NCBI RefSeq assembly: GCF_006345805.1
Contig: NC_042997.1
Location: 168,454,001 to 168,518,000, forward strand
From: Octopus sinensis
Taxonomy: Eukaryota
DNA length: 64,000 nucleotides
Direction: 5' to 3'
Shown here: positions 1 through 12,264 of the stretch, one piece after another
Layout: each line of letters opens with the position of its first letter
Position numbering within the stretch: position 1 is the stretch's first letter
The notes under the pieces: generated by a model
What the model saw: only the letters and a program-made list of their open reading frames with translations
Told to the model about the DNA's origin: nothing
Database searches by the model: none
Position numbers and translations under genes: made by a program

Positions 1-164
1 CCCAAAATGCTATCCTGCAGCAAATTCGGCATATCACTTCACTGTGTATGTTTGATTGATAAAGTTTACATCACTTGAGCAGCTTTTAATTCATAATTTA
101 ATTTTCTTTCACATGTGCTATGCCACAGCACACTAGCAAATAGATTTCACTTTGTTTGCACATA

Positions 165-676
165 CCATAAATCCTCGAGTATAGTCCACCCTTGAGTATA
201 ATACACAGGGGATTTTTAGGGGGCTATACCTCTGAAAAACCTAAACCTTGTGTATAATATGCACCCCTTCTATAACTTGAGTCAAGGAGGTCTATATAAC
301 GTCCTTCGTTTGTAAAACTGTATACGGTAACGTCCTTTATTATTATTGTATATATAACATAATGCAAATGTGTAGCTTTTTAGTGCATATTGTTTGCAGA
401 AAATAAAGAAATAACAGTAATAACATTTAATAAATGTTGCTTACTGCAAGTTATGGATGATTCTTTTATGACTTCACTGCTTTCAGGCTTAGCTTAAGGT
501 ATTTTCGCGCCTGACATCACAAAATGCGTCTGAATAAAAATTGCCGGACAGCAAATAGAGACTCGGTCATTGCTTAGAAGATATTTTTCATTTTTAACCT
601 CGTATATAGTACACACAAGGGGTTTTGACCATTAAATTTTGGAAAAAAAATGTGGATTATACTCGAGGATCTATGG
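165..676. mobile_element. pogo/Tigger-type MITE
   Basis: TIRs CCATAAATCCTCGAGTATAGTCCAC (165) and GTGGATTATACTCGAGGATCTATGG (676), with TA TSD at 163-164 and 677-678. Confidence 0.85.
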
Positions 677-885
677 TAAGTCACAGACCAGAGATTAAAT
701 TTGTTTTGAGATGGTCCGAGTACATGATATTGATAAGCCACAATAATAGCAAAATATTGATATGTCAATCTCAGTGATTCTGAGCCAAGTTGTCTCACCT
801 GGTCTGTGACAAATAGGTGTTCATTGGATGCTTTTCCACAGCAAATATAAACAACACACATACGCTGTGTATGTGTGATAATGTT

Positions 886-937
<52 letters not shown>

Positions 938-940
<3 letters not shown>

Positions 941-1170
941 TCATCATCATCATCGTTTAACGTCCGTTCTCCATGCTAGCATGGGTTGGACGGTTTGACC
1001 GGGGATCTGGAAAGCCAGAAGGCTGCACCAGGCTCCAGTCTTATCTGGCAGTGTTTCTACAGCTGGATGCCCTTCCTAACGCCAACCACTCCGTGAGTGT
1101 AGTGGGTGCTTTTTACGTGCCACCTGCACAGGTGCCAGGCGAGGCTGGCAACGGCCACGGTCGGATTGGT
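938..1170 (-). mobile_element. SINE family C, partial (tail ends ...GTTAAACGATGATGATG)
   Basis: (CAT)n tail and GGAAGGGCATCCAGCTGTAGAAAC domain, homologous to 5486-5935, 18330-18808 and 63290-63395. Confidence 0.8.
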
Positions 1171-1797
1171 ATATATATATACGTATACACACACACACAC
1201 ACATATAGTTGAAATATATAGAAAAACAAAAGATGAAGATGGGTGTATGAACAGCAAGCAAGTGTATTAGTTTGATGCTTGAGAAAATGAAAAAGTCTTT
1301 TATGTTTCGGGCCTATGCTTTTCAACAAAAAGGAATAAGGGAAAATAAACAGAGAGAGAATGAAAAATCTTATATATATACATATACACATTTATGTATT
1401 TGTTTTGCAAAGATTCTTGATGTGAAGATGTATATTGAAACAGATATTGTTATCGTTGGGGATGGTAATTTACTTATTTTTCTTTTGCTAGTTAAAAACA
1501 TGCAAAAGAACATTGATAGACGTATGAACTGAAAATAATATGAATAAAAACTAAAGTGAAGATGAAATAAATAGTGTGTGTGTGTTTAATTGGCAATAAA
1601 TAAATAAATAAATAAAATAACTATCTCCAAGTACAACAATATATAAATATATATATAAATGTACATACTACTACTACTACTACTACTACTACTAATAATA
1701 ATAATAATAATAATAGTAATAAAAAGAATTTTACAACTTATTCACCAACAGGTGAGTATAATGAAAGCAATATTAACAGAAATGTAAAAAATAATAC

Positions 1798-1955
1798 CTG
1801 GCTTTCTATGGCACTTCGGATTTTTGAAGCAAAACTGCCTTTAAATCTATTTATAATAAAAGCAGCTCCTCCGTGAAAGTCTATACTGGGCTTTGGAACT
1901 GAAGCAGAACAAGCACCCATCTGAGCAGATATTTTTTTAGTTTTTATATTCTCAC
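1798..1955 (-). CDS. LBP/BPI: LBP/BPI-family gene, exon 5 (exon 4 not found in assembly); gene continues left of the window
   Basis: ttttttattactttag|GTGAG...AGCCAG|gtatta, 158 nt, phase 1 to 0. Encodes (G)ENIKTKKISAQMGACSASVPKPSIDFHGGAAFIINRFKGSFASKIRSAIESQ, matching the invertebrate CS..V..I.FHGGASWLYNLF..I...Q block with the first disulfide Cys. Confidence 0.92.
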
Positions 1956-3016
1956 CTAAAGTAATAAAAAAAAAAATTTAATATGTCTATAAGAAAAACA
2001 ATGATTACAATACATTAGCAGTAAGTACAAAATTTCAAAGATATTATCGAAACTTCTATGTTTCTATGTGGATTTATAACTGGGAAATTCCTTGCCAACA
2101 TTCAGACTTGGACAACATTTTTCTTGGAAGTCCAGCTGTTGCTCTTCTATATGCTACCAATGTTATCTGAGAAAAATTCAGGACCAATACACCTTGGCAT
2201 CAATATTGTTATTGGTTTGCCTTCAGAATGCAAAAAGTCTGCACAAATTTTGCAAAAGATCTCATCCAACACTAACTATTTTGCTAATCCATACCATGGA
2301 CTAATATTTCATTTCCATCTTAAATAAAACATGGAAGTCAGAGTTAACCGTAGCAGAATTTGAATAAAGAATGCAGTGAGCTAGAAAATTAAAAGTCATT
2401 TTATCCAACGCTTTAATCCGATTGAATTAACCCTTGTAGAGGGCTAAAACATATCTATTGACTCCAGAATTAGAATACACCAGGTGGCTAGAGTGTTGGG
2501 CTCACAGTCATAAGATTGTAGGTTCAATTCATACACTGGCCAGCATTTCATTTCCTATTCAACTTATCTGAAATGAATACCAACCAAATACCAATACAAC
2601 ACTCTCACTTTCAAGCTGTCTGAGTCAACTGTGGGCAAGCTGAGAGAATGTTTAGAGATGCTTACAACAACATAAGCGCCTAAAACAACAACAGTTTTTA
2701 ATTATCCTTTACAAAATAAATACCATATATTAAACAGTTGACCTATACCTATAGTAGGCGCAGGCAATCATTGTTTTTAGAAAAGGAGGCCATGAGACAT
2801 GGCTCATCATCAAGTTTTACTGCGCCACTAAAAATTTTGATGTAGGCCACAGTTTGCCTATGACTGATCAATAAGTTATTGAAAATCTATGTTCCTTTAT
2901 TCTTTTACTTGTTTCAGTCATTTGACTGCAGCCATGCTGGGGCACCACCTTTACTTGAGAAAATCAACCCAAGGACTTATTCTTTGTAAGCCTAGACTTA
3001 TTCTATTGGTCTCTTT

Positions 3017-3116
3017 NNNNNNNNNNNNNNNNNNNNNNNNNNNNNNNNNNNNNNNNNNNNNNNNNNNNNNNNNNNNNNNNNNNNNNNNNNNNNNNNNNNN
3101 NNNNNNNNNNNNNNNN
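3017..3116. other. Assembly gap (100 N)
   Basis: Run of N between a SINE tail and a (TA)n tract. Confidence 0.99.
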
Positions 3117-3379
3117 TATAATATATATATATAATATAATATATATATATATGTATGTATACATATATATATAGATCTATATGTATATAAATGTATATAT
3201 ATATAGAAGTATACGTATCTAATCTTATATTTTTGTATTTCATTAAGTCACTTGACTGTGGCCATGCTGGAGCACGGGCTTTAGAAAATGAAAACATTTA
3301 GTAAGACCACCATGTAAATAAATCTTGGCAGAGATTTGAAACCTCTGCTTGTATGCTATGTTACTATTTCTAAACACCC

Positions 3380-4020
3380 TTACCTACTGGGCCACCAAAT
3401 CAGCTTTCATCACCGGTGATGACCTTTGAAAAAGTTCTGGATCAACTTCCAAGTGTTTTTCAGTTCACGACATGCATTCAGTTGTGATTGCTTTCGATCT
3501 TCCATGATCAGACAAGGCACAACTTTTGCTGCAACTCTTTTCATTTGCAATCTCTCACTCAAAATTCGTTGGTGGGAGCTCCAGGATACACCAGTCATAT
3601 CAACAAGTTCGTCAACTGTTTGGTCATAGTCCTCCAAGATCAGTTCATTTGGAAGGTCAACGTTTGCCCTGAATGAGGTTGGTCTTCAAACAACAAATGA
3701 CCATTCCTAAAGCATGGAAACCAGACATAAACTGGTGTTTTGTTCATGGCAGCTTCCTTATAAGCTGTTAGAAGCATGACAACTGTTTCAGCTGTTAGAA
3801 GCATGACAACTGTTTCAGCCATCATTTTCCCCAGCAGAAAATAGAATTTCATGGAAGCACACTTTTCCTTCATTTCAGCCATCGCAAAAATCGATAAACA
3901 GGGGAAAATCACTGCAAAACAAAGACACACTATATGGCAGTACGACTCCACACACTGTTGCTGGTCGGCAGACTGATGCCTGAGGGTCACATCAAGTGCC
4001 TTCTAGCAGTGGAAGCCTGA
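3380..4020 (-). mobile_element. Decayed mariner, N-terminal transposase remnant
   Basis: EKCASMKFYFLLGKMMAETVVML..AYKEAAMNKTPVYVWF..FRNG...EDQPHSG, then ILSERLQMKRVAAKVVP (WVP-motif equivalent). Frameshifts and a 27-bp internal tandem duplication near 3773-3826. Confidence 0.85.
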
Positions 4021-4340
4021 ACTACAATGCGCTTGTCCCACAGAGGACATTTCCAGTTACTTTTGGGCACCTCCTCGTATATACACAAACATGAGTTTCC
4101 ATATAGTTCCCATGTGTCAAATTCATTTACAAGGCAGCAATCAGCTCTGGATTATAGTAGCAGATACCTGCCCAAGGTGCCACACAGTGGGACTGAACCA
4201 GAAACTATGTGGTTGCAAAACCAACTTCTTAACCTCACCACCATAAATAAAGTTGCAAAGTAATATAAAAAATATCCTGTATGCTTTTATATCTGTGTTT
4301 ACTGGTGTGTGCTGGTAAAATATATTCAAAATTAGCTTAC

Positions 4341-4463
4341 GCATAACTTAGTCGGATGTGTCCCTGAAGTTTGATGTGAAAATTAGACAGTTTGAAATTG
4401 GTTCCTTTACCAGGGACGAAATTCACCGAAGGGCTGCCATATGAGAATTGTGTTATTTTCATC
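4341..4463 (-). CDS. LBP/BPI: LBP/BPI-family gene, exon 3
   Basis: tttatttctttcag|GATG...TATGC|gtaagc, 123 nt, phase 2 to 2. Encodes MKITQFSYGSPSVNFVPGKGTNFKLSNFHIKLQGHIRLSY(A), with the VPGxG turn typical of the family. Confidence 0.9.
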
Positions 4464-5485
4464 CTGAAAGAAATAAAAATATGTACATATTTAACAATTG
4501 CCTTGTCAAAGAGTAATTTCAGCCATTGAAGAACATACAAAAATATTATATTCGCTTTTATTTATTTCTTTATAAGCATTGCTTATGGGCAATGTTGTTA
4601 GTTTAGCTTGTTTCTTTGAGTATTTCTTCCATATCTCTGTCTCTTTTGAGGTTAACTTCACCATTTATCCTTTTGAGCTGAAGTAAAAGTACCACCCCAG
4701 TGCAGTGCAGTGGCATTTGGTGGAACTGTTGGAGGGTTCGGCAAAATGTTTTGCACTATCTTTTCTGGCTCTTTGCTTTCTGATAGCAGTGCCTGTGATG
4801 ACAATAGTGCCTGACTGCATTGTTCCAAGTTGGCAGTCTCTCTGTTCAATAGCCATTGGTAGCATGGAGAGAAGAGAGACATGCATGCATGAACAACTGC
4901 CAGTCCTTCTCAAAAAAACTTGCCCTGGCCTGCACATATACATGCAGTTGTATGGACAAAGATATTTTGATGTTAATTATGGTGAGTTACAGATCAGAGG
5001 AAAGATATTTCAATCCTGGTTCATCTTATCTTTTTACAGACATACAGTTATCCCATGAGTCCTGCAGTTTTTTTTTAAACTCTTAATATCAACCTGACTT
5101 GCATCAGCTGTACTAAAGTGTTAATATTTAAATTAAAATCTTGATAGAAAAAATTCTCTTAATATGAATGACATTGAGAGATTTCAGGTTAATGTAGCAA
5201 AACTAAGTAATTAATTAATTCATTCATTCATTAATATATGCATACATATTTCATACACACATACACATGTACATATGTATATACATAAATACATGCAAAC
5301 ATACACATATACTTACTTACAGACATATAAAGTTACAGATGTTTCACTAAAACTTTCTTAAAATATTGTCATAAAATGGTTAAGACAGTAGGGTATAATT
5401 TGAGAAAAATTTCTAGCAAGTCAAGCATCTGTACAGATCTTCCTCCTCTAAGTAGGTAATAAGTTATATGTAAATCTACAGGGGT

Positions 5486-5935
5486 ATCATCATCATCATC
5501 GTTTAACGTTCGCTTTCCATGCTAGCATGGGTTGGACGATTTGACTGAGGTCTGGTGAACCAGATGGCTGCACCAGACTCCAATCTGATCAGATTCTACA
5601 GCTGGATGCCCTTCCTAATGCCAACCACTCTGAGAGTGTAGTAGGTGCATTTATGTGCCACCGGCATGAGGGCCAGTTAGGTGGTACTGACAACGGCCAC
5701 ACTCAAATAGTACTTTTTATGTGCCACCTGCACAGGAGCCAGTCCAGTGGCACTGGCAATGACTTCGCCCGAATGTTTTCTTTCACGTGCCACTAGCTCA
5801 AGTGCTAGTAAGGCAACACAGGTAACGATCACGCTCGAATGGTGTTTTTAATGTGCCATCGGCACGGAGGCCAGCTTGTTGCTCTGGCAACGATCTCACT
5901 CATATGGTACTCTTAGCGCTCCACTAGCAACAGAT
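5486..5935 (-). mobile_element. SINE family C with 4-5 diverged ~65-bp internal tandem units
   Basis: (CAT)n tail, GGAAGGGCATCC domain, repeated GTGCCACC...GGCAAYGA units. Confidence 0.8.
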
Positions 5936-6934
5936 GCCACCACCACCACCACTGCAGTCACCACCAGCACCATCATCATCTTTTATACTGGTATAGGTTG
6001 AATTATTTGACAAGATCCAATGAGCCAAGTACTGTGTCAAGCTCCAGTGTCTGCTTTAACATGATTTCTATTGTTGGATACCCTTCCCAATGCCAATCAC
6101 TCTACAGAGTGTAGTGTGTGCTTTTTTATGATACTGGAACTTGTGAAGTTACCAAGTAAATTGCAAGATGAAAAAAAATCTCCCTTGACTAAGTGGAGGC
6201 ATAGCAGGGAGAGAGAGATGGCTTTATATTAGATGTTGGGAGTTCATAGCTACCCCACATTGTATGGTAGTACATGGCTACCCCATATTGTTTAAAGGTG
6301 AGTGAGAATAGCTAGAAGGAGAAAGATGATGATGACAAAGTCTCAGGGAATACCTCAAGGTACAAAAAGATGAGTAGAAGAGAAAATAGGGAGAGAGGAA
6401 GAGGGTAAGTTCACAAGAGTCTGAGAGGTGAGTGATAGATTGTTAGAAATGGGGGTATGTAGAGAATGTTGACAAGAGTGGAGGTATAACTGAGGGGAAA
6501 GGTGAAAGAATTAGTTGGTCATGAAGGAGGAGGTGATAAGCAGCAGTACAGAAAGGGTGAAGAGCAGTAGTATTAAAGTGTAGATAGATAGATGTGAATA
6601 GGGAGATGATGAGGGGGTGGGGTGGGGCCGTTTGGAAAAAGTGGAGTGCTGGAAGAGAGAGGGGGTGGGGTATTGTGATAGAGATAGTTGTCAGGGGTGT
6701 GTAAAGGTGGATACAGTGAGTGGCAAATGAAGGTGGTAGGGCAGTCAATGGCAGATATAAGAGGGTGTTACGAATGAGGTATGGTAGCCAAAAGATATAG
6801 CTAAGGAGAAAGGTAGATGTAGGGTGATCAGTGGAAAATATAGTGGGAATGGAGAATATTGAGAAGGAGGGATGGATGTTGAACAGAAGCAGTTTCAGGG
6901 AGAGAGATGAGGGATAATGTAGTACAAAAGTGGG

Positions 6935-7231
6935 TGTACATACATAACTACGTAGGTATTAGCTGATTTTGAATTTGGTGTATTGATGAGTTTTGTATGC
7001 TAATTATTGATATAAAATTCATTTTTGCCATAAATCAATAAATAAGTGGTTAATAGCTTTTAAAGTTTGCAAATTTTGGGCAGTTTTAGCCAATCGAAAG
7101 CCACAGACATATAGATGCCTGTTTCCATTGTGACAAGCCAAGCATTGGAACTCTTGTTTACAAACTGATAGTTTATGCTGTGTTTTTCTGCTTGTACCCA
7201 TTTGTTGTTGCTTTTGGATCTTTTACATTGC
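6935..7231. repeat. Unclassified ~297-bp dispersed repeat, copy 1
   Basis: Nearly identical to 9196-9491 in the same orientation (compare ORF-track peptides 7019-7201 and 9261-9461). Confidence 0.9.
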
Positions 7232-7559
7232 ACTTTGTATAGTACTACTCTCATATAATTGCAGCAGCTGAATAGCGTCATAATTAGAAGAGTGATGGAG
7301 GGAAGGGTGTTAGGAAGATAAAGATATGGGGAAGGCTCGAGTAAGACAAAGCGAGAAGAAAGGCAGGTCCCAGTTGTGTGTATAGATATAAAAATAATGT
7401 TTTTAGGCCCTCACTTTTGTTGAGATTGGTAGGTCTTCTCAAGCACAGTGCACCACCAATTACAGGCATGAAAGAAGTGGATTGGAAAACGTTAGAATTG
7501 GCAAAGTTGGTTATTGGTGACATACAAGTAAATGCAGAAACATTTAAAGCTTATCTTAC

Positions 7560-7659
7560 CCATTAACATTATATCTGATATGACCACTTCGCCCACTTTG
7601 ATCTGGGATATGTTTGCTGAGGATAGTTTTCTTTGCTATCACCAAAGCAGCATCAGTTG
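7560..7659 (-). CDS. LBP/BPI: LBP/BPI-family gene, exon 2
   Basis: ttttccctttttcttag|CAACT...AATGG|gtaag, 100 nt, phase 1 to 2. Encodes (A)TDAALVIAKKTILSKHIPDQSGRSGHIRYNVN(G), including the IPDxSG motif. Joins exon 1 in frame. Confidence 0.92.
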
Positions 7660-8412
7660 CTAAGAAAAAGGGAAAATAAAAAATTGAAAACAAAACAAAT
7701 GTGATACATACAATTGTGGGCAAAAGTCTGGAACGCTCTTTTTTAAATTAAAATTGTTATGCCCAAGAACAATTCTATTCAAATATATACAATGTATATA
7801 TCTGGGCATTTAATACAAAAAATTCTAATTTTCAGACCTATGTTCCAAACTTTTGGCCATGACTTAACATCAATCTAATATATTAAATGTGAATGACAGT
7901 GAGTCACACTTTTTCAACTTTATTCCTAGACATTGTAGCCCAACATATCATACCATTTTGGAATCAGGCAGAGTAAATTAAAAACATTATGTGCTGAATA
8001 AGGACCCACAATCCTGAAATTTGGATTCCCAAGTTTTCATTACTGTCATTGTTTTTGGTGATATTTTTACATAATTTTTTGCGATTAATTTTCTTGCACG
8101 ATAACAATTTTTACTAGTTGGACCCATGAAAACATCATGGAAAACATAAAAAAATGTAAGCATCTGTAAATAGTGACTTCATTTAATAACTATCAAATAA
8201 TTACGGGCATAACTACAGATGTATACCCCCACTGCCTCATAAATTCCATAAATAATCGCTTGGATCCTGTTGATTGAGTGTATGTTAAGATTTGTGGGAA
8301 AAAGTTTTTCTGAAGGGCTAGGGGGAGGAGTTTCAGAAATTCACATAACCTGACATTTTCTGCCACATAACTTTCAGGAAAATTCGTATTTTTCAATGAA
8401 ATTCTATACAAA

Positions 8413-8810
8413 TAGGCGCAAGAGTGGCTGTGTGGTAAGTAGCTTGTTTACTAACCACATGGTTCCGGGTTCAGTCCCACTGCGTGGCACCTTGGGCAAG
8501 TGTCTTCTACTATAGCCTCTGGCCGACCAAAGCCTTGTGAGTGGATTTGGTAGACGGAAACTGAAAGAAGCCCGTCGTATATATGTATGTGCGTGTATGT
8601 TTGTGTGTCTGTGTTTGTCCCCCTAGCATTGCTTGACAACCGATGCTGGTGTGTTTATGTCCCCGTCACTTAGTGGTTCGGCAAAAGAGGCCGATAGAAT
8701 AAGTACTGGGCTCACAAAGAATAAGTCCCGGGGTCGAGTTGCTCAATTAAAGGTGGTGCACCAGCATGGCTGCAGTTAAAATGACTGAAACAAGTAAAAA
8801 GAGAAAAAGA
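8413..8810 (+). mobile_element. SINE family A (tRNA-derived), full length
   Basis: A-box TGGCTGTGTGG, B-box GGTTCAGTCCC, central GCCTTGTGAGTGGATTTGGTAGACGGAAACTG, tail GAAACAAGTAAAA. At least 10 further copies in the window. Confidence 0.9.
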
Positions 8811-9195
8811 GAGAAAGAGAAATACCTTCCAAACAATGGCTTTATCATATATCATTCAAAACAAAAAGTTTTCCAGTGTTTTCTCTCTGAGAATAGCTTC
8901 ATTCTCTATCCATTCCTTTTGTTCACTCAATCTATCTCTTTAAATATCTTTCTCTTCCTCCTCTATGTCTCCTTGCCTCTAACCATTCTCCTGCATTTAA
9001 TGCAATATATTTCTCTTGTCTCTCAGAGCTATCAATGTCCTCTCTCTTTCTTTCTCTCTTTCTCAGTCCCTCCCTCTTAGTCCCTATTCTTTGCTGCTTT
9101 GCCTCTTCAACTATACTTCTTCTGCTTAACAAGTTTCCTTTCTCTCTTTTTACCTCTTCCTTTCAACTAAATGTGACACACACCACATGTACGTA

Positions 9196-9491
9196 TGTAC
9201 ATACATAACTACGTTGGTATTAGCTGATTTCGAATTTGGTGTATTGATGAGTTTTGTATGCTAATTATTGACATAAAATTCATTTTTGCCATAATCAATA
9301 AATAAGTGGTTAATAGCTTTTAAAGTTTGCAAATTTTGGGCAGTTTTAGCCAATCGAAAGCCACAGACATATAGGTGCCTGTTTCCATTGTGACAAGCCA
9401 AGCATTGGAACTCTTGTTTACAAACTGATAGTTTATGCTTTGTTTTCCTGCTTGTACCCATTTGTTGTTGCTTTTGGATCTTTTACATTGC
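9196..9491. repeat. Unclassified ~297-bp dispersed repeat, copy 2
   Basis: Nearly identical to 6935-7231. Confidence 0.9.
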
Positions 9492-10069
9492 CCTTTTGGT
9501 ACCCACCTCTTGACTGTTTAAAACTACAAAAATATGTGTTGTCTACTCATTTTTTCACATTAAATGCATATTGAATGCTTAAAAGTACAAAATATGTGTT
9601 GTTTACTCATTTTGGGGGTCATTCTTTGCTTATCAAATGCTTTAAACATGTGCTATCATTGCAATGTTGACATTATTGTTTTGTCATCTTACGATTTCAG
9701 TCACGCACAAAATGACAGTTTCCAAATCTTGTTTTCTAACTGGGTAAAAAATTATCAAACTTTAAACCTCTCTAACATTAAAAAAAAATTTTTCTGGAAC
9801 AATTGAATTAGGCCCTGAGATTCAATATGAAAAATTACAGCAATATTCCAAATTTGAATATTTTCACTTAATTTAAAAATTTCAAAAAGTGTAGCCAAAT
9901 AGAGAAGATACACAAAAGCCCCAATGATGTTTAATTCCTTAATGAGAAAGAGAATCTGATAAGTAATAATAAGGAGATTTGCCACACCAGACTGATTTTG
10001 CTACCATTCCGTGGTGTTCAAATAGTCTTTTGTCCCTTTTGACTAAATATACTCAAGTACAATCAGTAA

Positions 10070-10332
10070 GTGGAGGTGCGTGGCTTAGTGGTTAGGGTGT
10101 CAGCATCACGATCGTAAGATTGTGGTTTCGATTCCTGGACTGAGTGACGCGTTGTGTTCTTGAGTAAAACACTTCATTTCACATTGCTCCAGTCCACTCA
10201 GCTGGCATAAATGAATAATGCTATGAAGGACTGGCGTCCTGTCCAGCTGGGGAACACATACGCCATTGAAACCAGGAAACCGGGCCCATGAGCCTGGCTA
10301 GGCTTTAAAAGGGTGCATTTATTATTACTTAT
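10070..10332 (+). mobile_element. tRNA-derived CORE-like SINE with 12-bp TSD
   Basis: Head TGGCTTAGTGGTTAG...TTCGATTCC, core-like GTGTTCTTGAGTAAAACACTTCATTTCAC; TSD TACAATCAGTAA at 10058-10069 and 10333-10344. Confidence 0.85.
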
Positions 10333-11088
10333 TACAATCAGTAAATGTAATATTTTGTTCATTTGATGCTTAAACACAAAAAGAGAGAGTGTCATCTTAA
10401 TAAATAGTCAGTTTAAATCTTTTCCACAAACATTTTAAACAGTATGAAATTATGGCTTGGATACATATATAATTAATATATAAATAAGTAAATAAATAAC
10501 ATAATGCCAGATGAAAATTTACAATGGATGCCTGTCATATCTTAATACTTATTTTTGGGACAGTAAAACAAAATCTTGCCTGGAAGCAAGGTGAGTCAGA
10601 GCTGTGTAGGTTATCACAAACATTCAGGACTCTTGACAGGAGTTTCTTTGCAATAATTCAAAGGGATAATTGGCTGGGTCACATCAAAGCAATGCAAAAA
10701 AAAACAAAAAAAAAAACAGAGGCCACAGAAAGGTTTTACATTATCTTGAGAACAATAGAAATAGCAAAGCAGCTGTTAACATCAACAATCACATTGTTTA
10801 AAGACAAAAAAGGAGCAACGGGGAAAGGAAAGTACATGTGGAAGATACACACATGCACGCATACATGCACACACACACACACGCACACACATGTACATGT
10901 GTGAATGTGTATTTGTGTATATGTGCATGTAGACCACACATACATTCTTTTATTAAGTTTCAGCCCTAAATCTGTGGTCATGCTGGGGCACTGCTATATA
11001 TATGATCAATTCACTTTTCATATAATATATATATGATCAATTCACTTCTCATGTAAAATATATATGAACACTTTCACTTTTCATACAA

Positions 11089-11483
11089 TCTATATATATA
11101 AAGCTGAAGTTGTCTGTGTATAGCAGGTTTTGGTAGCCTTCAACTAACACTATCTCCTCCGAGACTCTGCAGCGCAAGTTGACCAAAATTGAGAGTATGA
11201 TAGAAGAAGGCTTGCTCTTCCTTCCGTAGAAGAAAAAATTCAAATTGGACCATGTTAACACCAAAAAATTATTTACATCAAAAAGGTGCTTTTTTCCTAT
11301 GAAAATCCCTATATTTTACGATTTTTTTACTGGTGTCACCATTTTTTGGTGTATTTCAACCAGAAAGATGTTCACTTAAAGAGAATAACAAGCTACATAA
11401 TGCAAAATTTTTACTTTTCAAAAGTTCCATTTCTAAGAGTCAAATAGAAAACAAGCCGAAGCAATGCTGGGCTATACTGCTAG
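11089..11483 (+). mobile_element. Non-autonomous Helitron inserted in a ~32-bp minisatellite
   Basis: 5' TC start after A, subterminal GC hairpin (GCCGAAGCAATGCTGGGC), 3' CTAG followed by T. Flanked by TATATGATCAATTCAC units (10996-11088 and after 11484). Confidence 0.75.
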
Positions 11484-11974
11484 TATATGTATATGATCAA
11501 TTCACGTTTCATGTAAAATCACTTTCTTATTGCAGACTTATGTTTGTAACAGGTTTAACAGCATTTCTACCAAGGACCTTCAGATGACTATTTAGCCCTA
11601 ATTTTCTTTGAAATTTTTGGTGACAAATGTAACACAAAGTTCAATCAAGAATCACATGATCTGTAACTTCATGAGACACAGCATTTTCAGATCAGTCTTC
11701 ACTGTTTCATCTTGGGTCCTTTTATTTTACTTCTGTTGTGTTGGTGCACTGAAAAACACACCCAGTATATTCCATAAAGTGTTGGGTGACAAAAAAAACC
11801 ATCCAGCCTCAGAAATCAATCAGAGTATCAGTCTATGTAAACAGCAGCCCCCCAATAAGATAAGACTTAGACCATGGCAATGTGTTCAAACTATGCCAAC
11901 ATGGAAAGTGGATGTAAAAACATTGTTGATGATGATGATGGTGATGATGTTGTATCTAGGGAGAGTTTTTATTA

Positions 11975-12262
11975 TTAACACATGCCTGGTGAAAACAATC
12001 CGACTCCACTCTTGCAACATTCAGCCGACACAATTTGAACACTTTGCTCAGAACCGGCAAATCTGGTGCTCCTTTTGTGAGGAAGGAGCTGCACACTTAG
12101 AGCTAATCCAATGTGAGAAACTTGAGGAAAAGAGACATCAGTGTCATCTCAGACTCTCCAGACTCTCCGACAACATAACGGGCCACTTCCCTTGTCATCT
12201 GTATTCAAGGACATGCCATTTCAGGATTGGATTGTTTTCACATCTATCAACTCAACAAAATG
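11975..12262 (+). mobile_element. RTE LINE 3' remnant, interrupted by the mariner
   Basis: CNIQPTQFE..AQNRQIW...C.EG...FPCHLYSRTCHFRIGLFSHL is the RTE C-terminal zinc-finger-like motif. 3'UTR-like sequence resumes at 13560-13610. Confidence 0.75.
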
Positions 12263-12264
12263 TA

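Noticed and set aside
574-861. 95-aa ORF near the gene's 3' direction
   Set aside because: It overlaps the MITE end and a small 12-bp inverted repeat (679-690/800-811), with no splice support or family similarity.
1474-1528. 55-nt candidate next exon (phase 0 to 1, good acceptor)
   Set aside because: FIRLSMFFCMFLTSKRKI lacks the expected (I/V)C start with the second disulfide Cys.
2666-2679. 14-nt micro-exon with correct phases (ag...gtaagc)
   Set aside because: It would add RLCC only and leave about 25 structurally required residues missing.
4061-4146. 86-nt candidate for the missing LBP/BPI exon (phase 2 to 1, open frame)
   Set aside because: The peptide ADCCLVNEFDTWELYGNSCLCIYEEVPK does not resemble the expected beta-strand, and the acceptor lies in a SINE remnant.
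4658-5058. Overlapping ORFs on both strands with a plus-strand GTGAGT donor
   Set aside because: No recognisable domain, and upstream acceptors give stops in all frames.
5650-5935. Regularly spaced ~65-bp repeats resembling a CRISPR-like array
   Set aside because: Whole units are diverged tandem repeats internal to SINE family C, without unique spacers, in a eukaryotic context.
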